Assembly: GCA_965249485.1 (NCBI GenBank)
Contig: OZ252239.1
Location: 1,472,001 to 1,536,000, forward strand
Source: a bacterium
Lineage (GTDB): Bacteria; SM23-31
Length of the DNA stretch: 64,000 bases
Direction of reading: 5' to 3'
In this document: positions 22,186-32,591 of the stretch, one piece after another
How positions within the stretch are numbered: position 1 is the stretch's first letter
Layout of the letters: each line of letters begins with the position of its first letter
Notes under the pieces: model-generated
The model's input: the letters and a program-made list of their open reading frames with translations, nothing else
What the model was told of the DNA's origin: nothing
Databases searched by the model: none
Program-made: the position numbers and the translations under genes

Positions 22186-22273
22186 GTTCGATTGAATTTA
22201 GTTGCAACTCTATTTTAGATAGTCAAATAATTCGATGATTACGCTTTGATGAATGGTTACGGTGGTCAAACTG

Positions 22274-22825
22274 TCACGTGTCATATTGTGTTGACAATTC
22301 CTGCCCAAGCTCTTTAAGTTTTTCTCGTTTATCGTTACCGAGCTTTTGTGAGTTAAACTCATTGAATTTTTCAAGCAGCCCGTCAACGAGATTTTCAGGA
22401 AGCTGGTTTGCAGCCATAGGGAAAAGAATGTTATCTTCTTTCAAAATATGATCTCTCAAAAGCACAATAAAATCACGAGCGGCATGAATTGCTTCTTCCT
22501 CTATTTCATCATTCCATTCATCTGATTCGCCTGCATTGCGCATAACTTGCACTTTTTCACGTCCGACACCATGCTCATAGAGCATAACTGCCACCGGACC
22601 CGCTTCTCTGTTGAAACCGCATTCGATCATCTCTTCGAAGAGAATGTCTTCTTCTTTACCGTGATGACACCGGTCGGCAAACTCCCGGAAAAACTCTGCA
22701 AATTTAATAAAATCTTTCCTGTCGGCCGTTTCGCCATCTTCGAGTTTGTCGGCAAATTGTTCTAAGCCAAACATCACCTTTTCTATCAATCTATGTTCTT
22801 CCATTAACATATCTATTGCACTCAT
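22274..22825 (-). CDS. Hemerythrin (HHE) domain protein
   Basis: EHRLI, HHGKEEDILF, EHGVGR and HILKEDNILF. Confidence 0.9.
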   Translation of the reverse strand: MSAIDMLMEEHRLIEKVMFGLEQFADKLEDGETADRKDFIKFAEFFREFADRCHHGKEEDILFEEMIECGFNREAGPVAVMLYEHGVGREKVQVMRNAGESDEWNDEIEEEAIHAARDFIVLLRDHILKEDNILFPMAANQLPENLVDGLLEKFNEFNSQKLGNDKREKLKELGQELSTQYDT

Positions 22826-22871
22826 AATATTTCTCCCGAATTAATATATATATTATAATGATATTTAAGTT

Positions 22872-23999
22872 TCATTTATATTCACTAATACTCCTTGGAT
22901 GATCAAGCGTATCGGTCTTCTGTGCGAGATCCCTGTATATATCCACAGAGGTTGTCCCATACCAGTAACCCGATATGCGTGCCATAGCCACACTGCCGAG
23001 AAAAAGAAACACAAAAAGAGCGGCATACCAGACCGGTTTGATAGTGAATCTGTTTTTGGGAGCTGAAAACGCCAGACAGTCTTTAACCGGACAGACCGCA
23101 ACACATTGCTGACATGCAAGGCATTCCTCAGAACCGATAGACGCAGACCGTGCAACCGGAAGATAACTTGGGCAAGCTTTTTCACACAGATCACAATCGA
23201 TACAGGTATCAGCGTTTCTTCGAATTTTTACCGGACTGAATTTTGAAGCAATTCCAATGAGCGCTCCATAGGGGCAAAGGTACCGGCACCAGAAATTTTT
23301 GAGAACTAAGGTAAGTAAGGTCAGGATTCCCAATATCGACCAGGTCATCTGAGATGGAGGTGCAAAATAGTCCAGCATCTTTATATCGGAGATTCGGTTA
23401 TAGTCACTCGTAATAAAAGTGAAGAGCGCACCTGTGCTCATACCCAGAATTGCATATAGAAAAAATCCGAGGAGGACGTATTTCAGGCTGCGAAGGACGA
23501 TATCGAGCCAGCGGGGCGGAATACAGCTAACACCTATTTTCTTCCCAAGTCGGGATATGAATTCCGAAATAGTGCCGATGGGGCACAGCCATGAACAAAA
23601 TCCACGTCTGATCAGAAAAGCTGAAATTATTGCAAAAGTCAGTAGAACGACTCCCGCAGGATGAATAGCAGTGACCATGCCGGTTTTTATCCAAAGCCAC
23701 AGCTCCATCAATGAACTGATTGGGAGAAATCCCTCAACACCTGGAGGTTTGTCGGTCATTACAACAGACTCCCCATTTCGGATGTTGTTAACAAACCGGA
23801 TATATTCCCACCCGATCCAGAGGATCAAAGCGGTGAAACCCAATTGGACAAACAGTCGGATTTTCAGCCAGTTATCTTTTTTAATCCGGTCGTTATTGCG
23901 CTCAAAATGCTTCCGCGCTTTTTTCCCGTACGCGCTGTCACTATGTGCTTGCAGCGCATCAGAATCTATTGTAACCTGATATGCTTTAGGATGTGCCAT
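22872..23999 (-). CDS. Membrane 4Fe-4S-binding electron-transfer protein (YccM/NapH-like)
   Basis: Several TM helices, CSWLCP and CRYLCP, and two CxxCxxCxxxCP clusters. Confidence 0.88.
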   Translation of the reverse strand: MAHPKAYQVTIDSDALQAHSDSAYGKKARKHFERNNDRIKKDNWLKIRLFVQLGFTALILWIGWEYIRFVNNIRNGESVVMTDKPPGVEGFLPISSLMELWLWIKTGMVTAIHPAGVVLLTFAIISAFLIRRGFCSWLCPIGTISEFISRLGKKIGVSCIPPRWLDIVLRSLKYVLLGFFLYAILGMSTGALFTFITSDYNRISDIKMLDYFAPPSQMTWSILGILTLLTLVLKNFWCRYLCPYGALIGIASKFSPVKIRRNADTCIDCDLCEKACPSYLPVARSASIGSEECLACQQCVAVCPVKDCLAFSAPKNRFTIKPVWYAALFVFLFLGSVAMARISGYWYGTTSVDIYRDLAQKTDTLDHPRSISEYK

Positions 24000-24211
24000 T
24001 TTGTTCTATTAACTTTAATTGTAATATAAAAAGGTCTGTTACTCTTTTTTTGGTGTAAAACACTCATTTTTCAGTCGTTTTATTTTTTCATTTTTAAGAA
24101 TTTTTAACTGTGAATTATTATACTTGCAAATCTGTGTAACAGGAAATATATTAACTTATAGAGAAATAACCGCCGATGTTAATCAGTCTCGTAATAGGTA
24201 CTTAGATAATT

Positions 24212-24226
24212 ACAATTCCCGTGCCA
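24212..24226 (-). promoter_or_regulatory. sigma54 (-24/-12) promoter for the 4Fe-4S/hemerythrin unit
   Basis: Minus strand reads TGGCACG-GGAA-TTGT. Confidence 0.55.
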
Positions 24227-24468
24227 AAAAATAGGCTGTTAACCTGAGAAACGGTTTAAAATGCATGTGTGCTGTACTGCAATTATCGATTTTTTTGCTC
24301 ACAGATGCTGAAATTAGACTAAAAGGACTCATTTATCGGTATATGGTGATTGAAAGAGAATAGGGGCAGTTCTTCATAAGCCATTCAGCGTGATGTACAC
24401 GGCTAACCAATTGCTAATACATAATAGTATGCATTTATAAAAATTCCACCTTATGCAGCTAGAGAATC

Positions 24469-24483
24469 CGGCATACTTTTTGC
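24469..24483 (+). promoter_or_regulatory. sigma54 (-24/-12) promoter for the cytochrome cluster
   Basis: CGGCATACTTTTTGC (GG-N10-GC). A second candidate, CGGCTAACCAATTGCT, lies at 24400-24415. Confidence 0.5.
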
Positions 24484-24571
24484 GATGTAAAAAAACTATA
24501 TTATTTGCCGGGATATTTACTATATCTTAGAATAGAATGAATCGTGGTCCAAACGGAATCAGGAGGATACA

Positions 24572-25153
24572 ATGAAGCTCATAAAAATAGTTTCACTAAT
24601 AATGTTAATGGTTATTGTGGCTGCAAATACTCTCTTTGCTCAAAAGACTGCCCAATATACAGGTGTAGCAAAATGCAGAGCGTGCCATATGTCCGCCGCT
24701 AAAGGCGCACAATTCAAGATATGGCAGGAAGGACCGCATGCCAGGGCATTTGAAACACTTGGAACTGATGCTGCAAAAGCCGCCGCTTCAAAAGCAGGTA
24801 TTGAAGGAAATCCTCAAGAAGCGGGTGAGTGTCTCGTGTGCCACCAAACGGCATATGGCGTGAGTGAAGATTTGCTTGCCAAAGGATACAAAACTGCGAC
24901 TGGCGTTGAGTGTGAATCGTGCCACGGCCCCGGAAGTCTCTACCGGGTTGCGTCGGTTATGAATGCAAAGAAATATGCCGCCGATCCGGAAGGCATGCTC
25001 GCACAATGGAAAGAGCTCGGTCTTGTAATTCCTACAGAAGAAAATTGTGTTGTATGTCATAACGAAAAAAGTCCGTCCTTTAAGGGGTTTGATTTCGATG
25101 AGTCTTTTGCAAAGATTCAACATCCGAATCCGAAAAAATCTTTAAAACAATAA
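24572..25153 (+). CDS. Periplasmic tetraheme cytochrome c (c554-like)
   Basis: Signal peptide; CRACH, CLVCH, CESCH and CVVCH; YTG..KC..CH and W..GPHA pattern. Confidence 0.9.
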   Translation: MKLIKIVSLIMLMVIVAANTLFAQKTAQYTGVAKCRACHMSAAKGAQFKIWQEGPHARAFETLGTDAAKAAASKAGIEGNPQEAGECLVCHQTAYGVSEDLLAKGYKTATGVECESCHGPGSLYRVASVMNAKKYAADPEGMLAQWKELGLVIPTEENCVVCHNEKSPSFKGFDFDESFAKIQHPNPKKSLKQ

Positions 25154-25371
25154 TTTCTATACACATTACATAAAGCAGATTTACTTCGAAATTCATAGTG
25201 AATTGAATCGGATTTGTAACTATTGAAAGTATTGTTGTTTAGTATAAAGCCATGCTGAATAACTAAATCTATAAAGTTACTCATTACAGTACAAAATTGT
25301 TTGTATGAATACAGTTTGTCTTGGGATGTAGCGAAATTTAATTGCGAATAGAATTGAAAAAGGCACGACTG

Positions 25372-26460
25372 ATGACAGGCTTTACTCAGCGTACAGTTTC
25401 TTACCTGATACTATTAATCCTTCTCGTTGCAATCGGTTGCAGTGAATTGCGTGATGAGATACCGATCGTTCCGGTTACTCCGGTAACGTATGAGGCTGAT
25501 GTCAAACAGATACTTGACACGCAGTGTGTATCATGTCACAGCGGCACAACTCCACCCGGAGATTATAACCTCAGCACATTAATAGGAATTCTCGACAGCG
25601 GAACAGACAATATTGCCAACGCAATTCCGGGTATTGCCGCGAGCCTGCTCTTGCAGAAAGTAGGCTCGGCAGGGACAATGAATCAGTACATTGGCTCTAC
25701 AGAGAATGAAGCTGCTCTAACTGCATGGGTGGTCGACAACAAACTGGGTATTGGAGAACCGGTTGAACATTCTCGGGGCTGGTTGGATCCAACTGACGTA
25801 GATTTCCATGGAAAATATTTGCAGAGTAACAATTTTGAACTTGCTGCCTGCCGTGATTGTCACGGTGCAGATTATGCCGGGGGAATTTCCGGAAATTCAT
25901 GCCTGGTTTGCCATGAAAGTTCTCCCGAAGACTGTTCGACGTGTCATGGACGGAGTTTTAATCCGTCCGGTGCACCCCCGAAAGATATTGCAGGAAATGT
26001 TTCGACAACGAATAGAACCGTCGGAGCGCATGCAACTCATCTTGCAGGCGGAGAGTTTTCACGGCCTGTTGAATGTTCAGAATGTCATGATGTTCCGATA
26101 GCGGTTGTTGCTGAAGGCCACATCGATGATTCACCGCATGCCGAGCTGAATTTCGGATCACTGGCATCCAATCTTGGTACAGATCCAAAATTCAATGATG
26201 ATTTCACCTGTTCTAATGTTTATTGCCACGGTGAGTTTTCTGTGGGCAGTAATGAAAATAATCCGGATTGGACAAAAGTAGATGAGGGAATTGCCGGGTG
26301 CGGTACGCGTCACGGATTGCCACCGAGCGGACAGACACGAAACGGTATCTCACATCCTGATGTATTCAATTGCAGTATTTGCCACAGCTCGGTCGTTTCA
26401 ACAAATTTCCCGATTATTTCGGATAGAACTAAACATATTAACGGTACAATCGACTTTTAG
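25372..26460 (+). CDS. Multiheme cytochrome c lipoprotein (CxxxxCH/CxxCH type)
   Basis: Lipobox VAIGC; six CxxCH, one CSNVYCH and one degenerate CGTRH; C-terminal HINGTIDF. Confidence 0.88.
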   Translation: MTGFTQRTVSYLILLILLVAIGCSELRDEIPIVPVTPVTYEADVKQILDTQCVSCHSGTTPPGDYNLSTLIGILDSGTDNIANAIPGIAASLLLQKVGSAGTMNQYIGSTENEAALTAWVVDNKLGIGEPVEHSRGWLDPTDVDFHGKYLQSNNFELAACRDCHGADYAGGISGNSCLVCHESSPEDCSTCHGRSFNPSGAPPKDIAGNVSTTNRTVGAHATHLAGGEFSRPVECSECHDVPIAVVAEGHIDDSPHAELNFGSLASNLGTDPKFNDDFTCSNVYCHGEFSVGSNENNPDWTKVDEGIAGCGTRHGLPPSGQTRNGISHPDVFNCSICHSSVVSTNFPIISDRTKHINGTIDF

Positions 26461-26463
26461 CTT

Positions 26464-27780
26464 ATGAATACCGGCAGCCACCATAAAATGATCATCAGAC
26501 TCTGCCTCATTAGCCTTATTACACTGAGTGCTGTTCAGGTATGGGCACAGTCCATTAACGGTCGTTTCTATACCTCTTTTTACTCCTGGGAACGAGAGGT
26601 GTTCGGCGAAGACCCATCGAAGCATTTTCAGACATATTCTGGTGCAATTGTACATGTAAAAAAGCTGGGGCATAAGAACTTATCATTTCATACAAATGTC
26701 CGGTTTTCGAAAGACCTTGCATCAAATGAGTTTTCTTTGAGAAATAAACTGTATAATGCTTATTTCGAGTGGAAAGACCTTTTCAACAACAAAGTTGATA
26801 TATCATTCGGGCGGAAGTTTGTCTGGGCAGGTGTCGGAAACGGCACAATTGACGGTGGTAAAATAGAGGTCTCACTGAACAAATAGGGAACCGTCGGAAC
26901 CTACATCGGAACTTTAACCCCCCTGCGGGAATCTTGGAAAGTCGACGCATGGGCCGAGAGCCACATGATTGGAGCTTATTACAAAAACCGTTTGCTGGGC
27001 ACCGATTATCAGTTGAGTTGGGTACGGAAGAACCGAAAACCGGTTTCGTACAAAGTACCCGGACAGTTTACCGAAAAAACGATCACTTTATCATCACTTC
27101 AAGGACAGCTTGTTGGTCTTGATGTCTCACGAAGTCTTACAGATAAACTCACACTGTTTATCAGGGCTGAGGGAACAATTCTCAATCAGGAAGAAAAGAA
27201 ATTAGACACTGACCGGTTTACTTTTGACCGGTTTGAAGCAAGTGCAGATTTTAAACCGAATAAAAAGATGATGTTTACTGGGCAATATTTTTTCCGGAAA
27301 CCGCGACAGAATCTGAATTCAATATTTTCGATATTCTCTAATTCCGACAGTCGTGAGCTCTGGTTCAATGTATTTGTCTATCCGATTTCATCGCTTTCAG
27401 TATTCGGTGGATGGGCAGCTGTAGATTATGATTATGACGACACAAACCGCTATAATGCCGGATTTGTATGGAAGTATATAACTGTCAGTGCGAATAAATT
27501 CAAGGGCTATAGTGGTGACATGGATAATATTACCGGTTCGTTGCAAGTTCCGGTACGTAGTAACCTTTGGGTGCGCGGCTCTCTGAGCAGCGGCAGATAC
27601 AAGCTATATGAAGATGCCGCAGACTATAATAATATGGTTACATCTTCGTTTGGCGCAACATTTACACCGCGCAAGACATTTACTATCGATATAGAAGGAC
27701 AGGGTATCAGAAACGAACTGTCTTCGAGTGATTTCAGGTTATTTGGAAGGATTAATTACTGGTTTTTCACAAAACGGTAA
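26464..27780 (+). pseudogene. Outer-membrane beta-barrel (cytochrome-associated porin) interrupted by an in-frame TAG
   Basis: ORFs 26464-26886 and 26965-27780 share one frame, separated only by TAG at 26884-26886 (438 codons when joined). Signal peptide, amphipathic strands and aromatic C-terminus RINYWFF. Confidence 0.8.
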
Positions 27781-27801
27781 ACTGACCGTCAGGAAATATA
27801 T

Positions 27802-28994
27802 ATGGTTCACTTCAGAGTTCGAAAATGTCACGATGTATTCCGCTTGATGGTAGTACTGGTTACGACGTTGGTTTTTACCGCTCAGGCCTCTGCCCAGGAA
27901 ACTCGGGAAGACTTCTTTAAATTTTCACACCAGTTCCATTATTGACGGTCTGGGATCCGAATGTATTGACTGCCATGGCGAAATAGCACAAAGTCGGTTC
28001 TCATCAGACCGTGTCATTCCTGGACATACAGAGTGTTTCGAATGCCATGACGGAGATATGGCACGTGATGATTGCACCGTGTGCCACTACGATGAAGACA
28101 ACATAGAATTGTCACCATCGGTCGATCGCGAATATCTTTTTAATCATGAACTCCATCTTGAGCAAGATGATGTGGAATGCTCATTCTGCCATGTAGGAAT
28201 AGAAGAAGCAGGCTATGCCTCTGCAGCGAATATGCCTGATATGGCAAGCTGTGTTCAGTGTCATAACAATACGGAATCACCGCAAAACTGTGAGTACTGC
28301 CATACGGAGCTTGCAACACTCCGGCCGGTTACGCATACACCGGTTTGGATTAACCGCCATGACGAAGTTGTGCGTTCAACCTCCGAAGATTGCACAATTT
28401 GTCACCAGGTAAATTACTGTCAAGAATGTCATGACGGAGCACAATTGGTGAAATCTGGTCAGGGAATTATATCAAATGTGCCGCCTGATGCTCAACAAAA
28501 TTGGAATATCAACAACATGACACTGCAAAGGAACCATTCACTGAATTATCTTTATATCCATCCGATTTTAAGCCCGGAATAATCCGCAGCGGTGTCAAAC
28601 ATGTCACGATAGTGAAGTATTTTGTAATACCTGCCACGATTCTTCGGATAATGCCCAAAGTATTAAGCCCCCATGGCATGGTGGTGCTGATTGGGCCGCT
28701 ATAGCGCTTGGTATCGGCAGTGGGGGTGGGAGGCATGCCCGGCTTGCGAAGCAGGATGTATCACTCTGTGCATCATGCCACGATGCAAACGGAGAAGATC
28801 CTGCTTGTCTTCTATGTCATATGGACCGCAATCCGGGAAGAAATAACGATTTAAGGACCCATTCTAATAATCTGATGAAAAATGTCCGGGGCCCATGGCA
28901 TGATGATGAATCGAATATGTGTTTCACGTGTCATGTTAATGCACAGGCAAACTTACCAACATCATTCTGTGCATATTGCCACGCTCCCAGATAG
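27802..28994 (+). pseudogene. 14-heme periplasmic cytochrome c with two frameshifts
   Basis: Signal peptide from 27802. Removing one base at ~27940 and one at ~28571 gives ~396 aa with 14 CxxCH motifs (CIDCH through CAYCH). Confidence 0.85.
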
Positions 28995-29010
28995 TGGATT
29001 AGATCAAACT

Positions 29011-29054
29011 TACCAATAAAAAAAGCAGGCACTAGCCTGCTTTTTTTATTGGTA
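29011..29054. terminator. Bidirectional intrinsic terminator
   Basis: Perfect 20-bp inverted repeat TACCAATAAAAAAAGCAGGC-acta-GCCTGCTTTTTTTATTGGTA between convergent genes. Confidence 0.9.
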
Positions 29055-29104
29055 CATTATATGTGTAAGTAATATATATAGTAACAGAAAAATCAATTAC
29101 GCCA

Positions 29105-29668
29105 TTAATCTCTATTTTTATTTTTCTGCCATGTTGCGAACGGAATATTCTCATTTAATGCTTCCGACGAAACATATTGCAGCACATCGGTAAAGAGAGG
29201 TGCTTCGACATAGCCAGGTAATAGAGTAATAGGTTTGCCATCGGAGCCAAGAAAAATGGTGGTTGGATAACCGGTAACACCCATATTTGCAGTCCATTGG
29301 CGTTTCGTAATGGATTTACCGTTAAAAACTATAACATCATCCGATTCGGCGTTGAGCTTGACTGGGATATAATATTTACTGATTAATTCGATTATAGTAT
29401 CATTGGAGTATACATTTTTATCCATTTCTTTACACCAATGGCACCAATCAGTAAACACATCTACGAGAATAAGTTTGTTCTCGCTTGAAGCTCTTTTCAT
29501 CCCTTCATCGAAACCGATCCAGGCAAGTTCATCTTCATTAGCGGCGTATCCATCTGCTACTGGATTGTCTGCGGATTGGACCTGCGCATTGTATGATAAA
29601 ATTGCAGTAAAACCAATCGCCGCAAATACAAGAATTACATAACGAAGTTTGCCATTATTTATTATCAC
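29105..29668 (-). CDS. Exported thioredoxin-fold protein (SoxW/DsbD-like)
   Basis: Signal/TM segment, TDWCHWCK, and cis-Pro motif GYPT. Confidence 0.85.
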   Translation of the reverse strand: MIINNGKLRYVILVFAAIGFTAILSYNAQVQSADNPVADGYAANEDELAWIGFDEGMKRASSENKLILVDVFTDWCHWCKEMDKNVYSNDTIIELISKYYIPVKLNAESDDVIVFNGKSITKRQWTANMGVTGYPTTIFLGSDGKPITLLPGYVEAPLFTDVLQYVSSEALNENIPFATWQKNKNRD

Positions 29669-29683
29669 AAAAAGCCTTTCATG

Positions 29684-30010
29684 TTACGCTATTACCGTGT
29701 CAACCATACCGGCAATCTGTTTTTTCGGCACTGCTCCAACAATCTGGTCTGCCACTTTGCCGTCTTTGAAAAACACTATCGAAGGGATACTGCGTATCTG
29801 ATAGGTCGATGCGATATTCGGATTGGAGTCTACATCGACTTTTCCAACTTTTAGTTTTCCTTCATATTCAGAAGCTAATTCTTCGATTGACGGAGCGATC
29901 ATTTTGCAGGGCGCACACCATTCAGCCCAGAAATCCACAAGTACTGGAACTGATGAATTCAGAACTTCCTCGTCAAAGTTACCGTCAGTAAATGTAATAG
30001 TATTAGCCAT
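29684..30010 (-). CDS. trxA: Thioredoxin
   Basis: [10 protein letters not shown] and SIP; 108 aa. Confidence 0.95.
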   Translation of the reverse strand: MANTITFTDGNFDEEVLNSSVPVLVDFWAEWCAPCKMIAPSIEELASEYEGKLKVGKVDVDSNPNIASTYQIRSIPSIVFFKDGKVADQIVGAVPKKQIAGMVDTVIA

Positions 30011-30179
30011 AAAATCCTCCTCACATACAGAGCGTCATCATCATAATGTCCGCTTAATTAGAACGTAAAACATTTTTTGATAGTTCCATGATTATTATAA
30101 CTATAAATGTAAAGTTGAATCATCAAAAATTCAATTACTTTTTCGAATAAAATTGTCTGCTCATGTAAAGGTCAATATG

Positions 30180-31520
30180 CTAAGCTGAATATATTCCTTC
30201 AATGAGCTTTTGTGCTTTTTCGGCAAGTTTGTCTAAATTGAAAGAAGATTGTGCTCCGGTACCCATTTCTTTTATTGTAATAGAATTTGCTTTCTTCTCA
30301 TCATCACCAAAAATCAAGACAAAAGGTATATGCTTTTTATCTGCATAGCTGAATTGTTTTTTCATTCTATCGGGACGATAATAGAATTCGGTGCGGATTC
30401 CTCCACTCCTGAGCAATTGTGTTATGCGCAGGCAGTCGTCTCGTAATGATTCATTGAAATAACACACAAGAAAATCGGAATCGGACTGCCGAAGGAAATC
30501 GGTACTTGCACTATTCTGTAAAACCGAATGAATCCTGTCTAATCCGAAGGATGTACCAACTGCCGGAATCGAATCTTTTGAAAACAAACCGACCAGATCG
30601 TCATATCTGCCACCCCCGGCAATAGAGCCGATCTCAGGGTGTGAAGGCAGAACCACTTCATATATAGGACCTGTATAGTAATCAAGGCCGCGGGCAAGAG
30701 TGAAATCGAATTCGACATTTTCTTTCTCAATGCCCATTGTGGCAAGGGCGGAATATATTGTACTTATTTCTTCAATTCCAACTTCAAGTAATTCCGAATT
30801 CGGAACGGCAGTTTTTATAAACTCTAGTGCATTTGAGTTCTGTTTCCGTTCATGCAGTATACTCGTAATACGTTGAACCGCCTCTTGAGGAAATCCTTTC
30901 TGATGCAGTTCATGCTCGACAACCTGCAGCCCCTCTTTCTCGAGTTTATCGATAGATCTGCACACATCCTGTTCAGCGTTATTGTCAAATCCTGATCCGG
31001 TTATGAGCCCGCTGAGAATCTTTCTGCTGTTGATGCGGATCAGAAAGTGTCCGATATGAAGTTCATCAAATATATCTGCCATCAGAGCAACGATCTCTGC
31101 ATCGGCAAGAATTTCATACGAACCGACGATATCGACATCGCATTGGTAAAACTCGCGGTACCTACCCCGTTTTAATTGCGGATTGTCCGCCCGCCAAACA
31201 GGTTGAATCTGATACCGCTTAAACGGTTTCGGGAGATGCGGATTCATCGCTACAACTCGGGCTAGTGGAACGGTCAGATCGTATCGGAGTGCGAGCTCTT
31301 TTCCGCCTTTATAAGCAAGCGGATAGAGTAGTTTATCGGCTTCATCACCGTACTTACCTGATAGTATGTCAAGAAATTCAACAGCCGGAGTCTCCAAGGG
31401 AGCAAATCCATAGCGTGTGAATACCGATTTCATAATTGCGATAATATGTTCCCTGATTCTCATGTCATCAGGGAGGAGGTCCCTCGTCCCTTTAAATGTT
31501 CGTGGTGTTATTTCAGGCAT
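30180..31520 (-). CDS. hisS: Histidine--tRNA ligase
   Basis: LRYDLTVP, GRYREFYQCD, RGLDYYTG and GGGRYD. Confidence 0.96.
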   Translation of the reverse strand: MPEITPRTFKGTRDLLPDDMRIREHIIAIMKSVFTRYGFAPLETPAVEFLDILSGKYGDEADKLLYPLAYKGGKELALRYDLTVPLARVVAMNPHLPKPFKRYQIQPVWRADNPQLKRGRYREFYQCDVDIVGSYEILADAEIVALMADIFDELHIGHFLIRINSRKILSGLITGSGFDNNAEQDVCRSIDKLEKEGLQVVEHELHQKGFPQEAVQRITSILHERKQNSNALEFIKTAVPNSELLEVGIEEISTIYSALATMGIEKENVEFDFTLARGLDYYTGPIYEVVLPSHPEIGSIAGGGRYDDLVGLFSKDSIPAVGTSFGLDRIHSVLQNSASTDFLRQSDSDFLVCYFNESLRDDCLRITQLLRSGGIRTEFYYRPDRMKKQFSYADKKHIPFVLIFGDDEKKANSITIKEMGTGAQSSFNLDKLAEKAQKLIEGIYSA

Positions 31521-31813
31521 AATTTCCTTTGAACTGCAAAAGCATAGATGATCAATTGAGTAAGATATTTTAAGATCCGCTTTACCGGTTCACATACAAG
31601 GAAAAAGCATGTTTCTGCATTGTAGTGAATGCTTAATGTAATAAATAAATTGGTATTTATAAATAAAAAACAGACCGGGTAGAAGTGGTCTGTGAGAGGG
31701 GAAATGTGAATGGTAAAAAATAATTTAAGAAGATTTAATGCTAATAGGGTACACCGATGATATGACTCCTATTATAATTAAAAAGATATATGTTCGCTAA
31801 TGCTAAACAACCG

Positions 31814-32095
31814 TTAAATGCCAAATTCCTTAAGCAGTTTATCCGCTAATGCCGTTGCTATATTTTGCTGGTCATAAAATCCATCGGCAATTTTATCGTC
31901 ACGAACATCGGATGTACCTCGAACTGCTTTTGTAGCGGCAGCCTGAAAAGAAGATGAATCCTGCAGTTTTCTAGCTTCAGAAGAAATTTCTACTTTGTCG
32001 TTCGCTTGTTTGCCCGGAGAAACTTCGGAATTCCGTCCCTTCCTTTGGACCTGCTGACTATGTACGGATTGTGCTATAGAGCTTACTTTTATCAT
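31814..32095 (-). CDS. flgM: Anti-sigma28 factor FlgM, apparently with an internal deletion
   Basis: DKVEISSEA, DVR.DK, I..GFY and ADKLL; GGAGGAGG RBS; sigma28 promoter upstream. Confidence 0.85.
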   Translation of the reverse strand: MIKVSSIAQSVHSQQVQRKGRNSEVSPGKQANDKVEISSEARKLQDSSSFQAAATKAVRGTSDVRDDKIADGFYDQQNIATALADKLLKEFGI

Positions 32096-32119
32096 TTAAA
32101 TATTCCTCCTCCATTAATG

Positions 32120-32146
32120 ATATCGGCAGGTAGGCGAAAAAACTTA
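32120..32146 (-). promoter_or_regulatory. sigma28 (FliA) promoter of flgM
   Basis: Minus strand TAAG-N15-GCCGATAT versus consensus TAAA-N15-GCCGATAA. Confidence 0.8.
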
Positions 32147-32591
32147 ACGGTTTTTTGGAAATTTTTTATTAAAATTACTGCATTTTTTGCATTAAGTCAA
32201 GTGTTTTTGTCGTCTATTTTGGTAAAAAATGTGTTGAATAATTCAACAATCACGATTTTTTCATACAGTTATTCTACAAAAATTACCGGCTAGCTACATG
32301 AACATGTGTTATACTGTCTTTTCTTACAACAACGATGGGGAGCTGTTCGGATTCTACAAGCTCATATATATCATAATCGGCATAGCACATCCGCAGGTTC
32401 AATACACAAATCAATAGATACCCGTTTTACAACGAAATCATCGGCATCGAGAAGCTTTTGCGGGTCAAAACGTGAAATGAAGGTGACAATATTCCCAAAA
32501 ATACTGTCATGTACCCCGCATACGACAATGCAAGCATACTAGTTGGTTTTTTTGGTGAAGTAACGTACATGTTTGCCACAAAGTTTGTTTA

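Noticed and set aside
26458..26886. Amber (TAG) recoding or pyrrolysine, suggested by in-frame TAGs in the porin and cheX and by the cytochrome-TAG-CTT-ATG-porin in-frame run
   Set aside because: TAG ends many genes at their normal C-termini here (fliG, mec, folK, the RND adaptor, the NtrC regulator), including in the same AAA-TAG context. Neighbouring frameshifts point to decay instead, and no pyl genes are present in the window.
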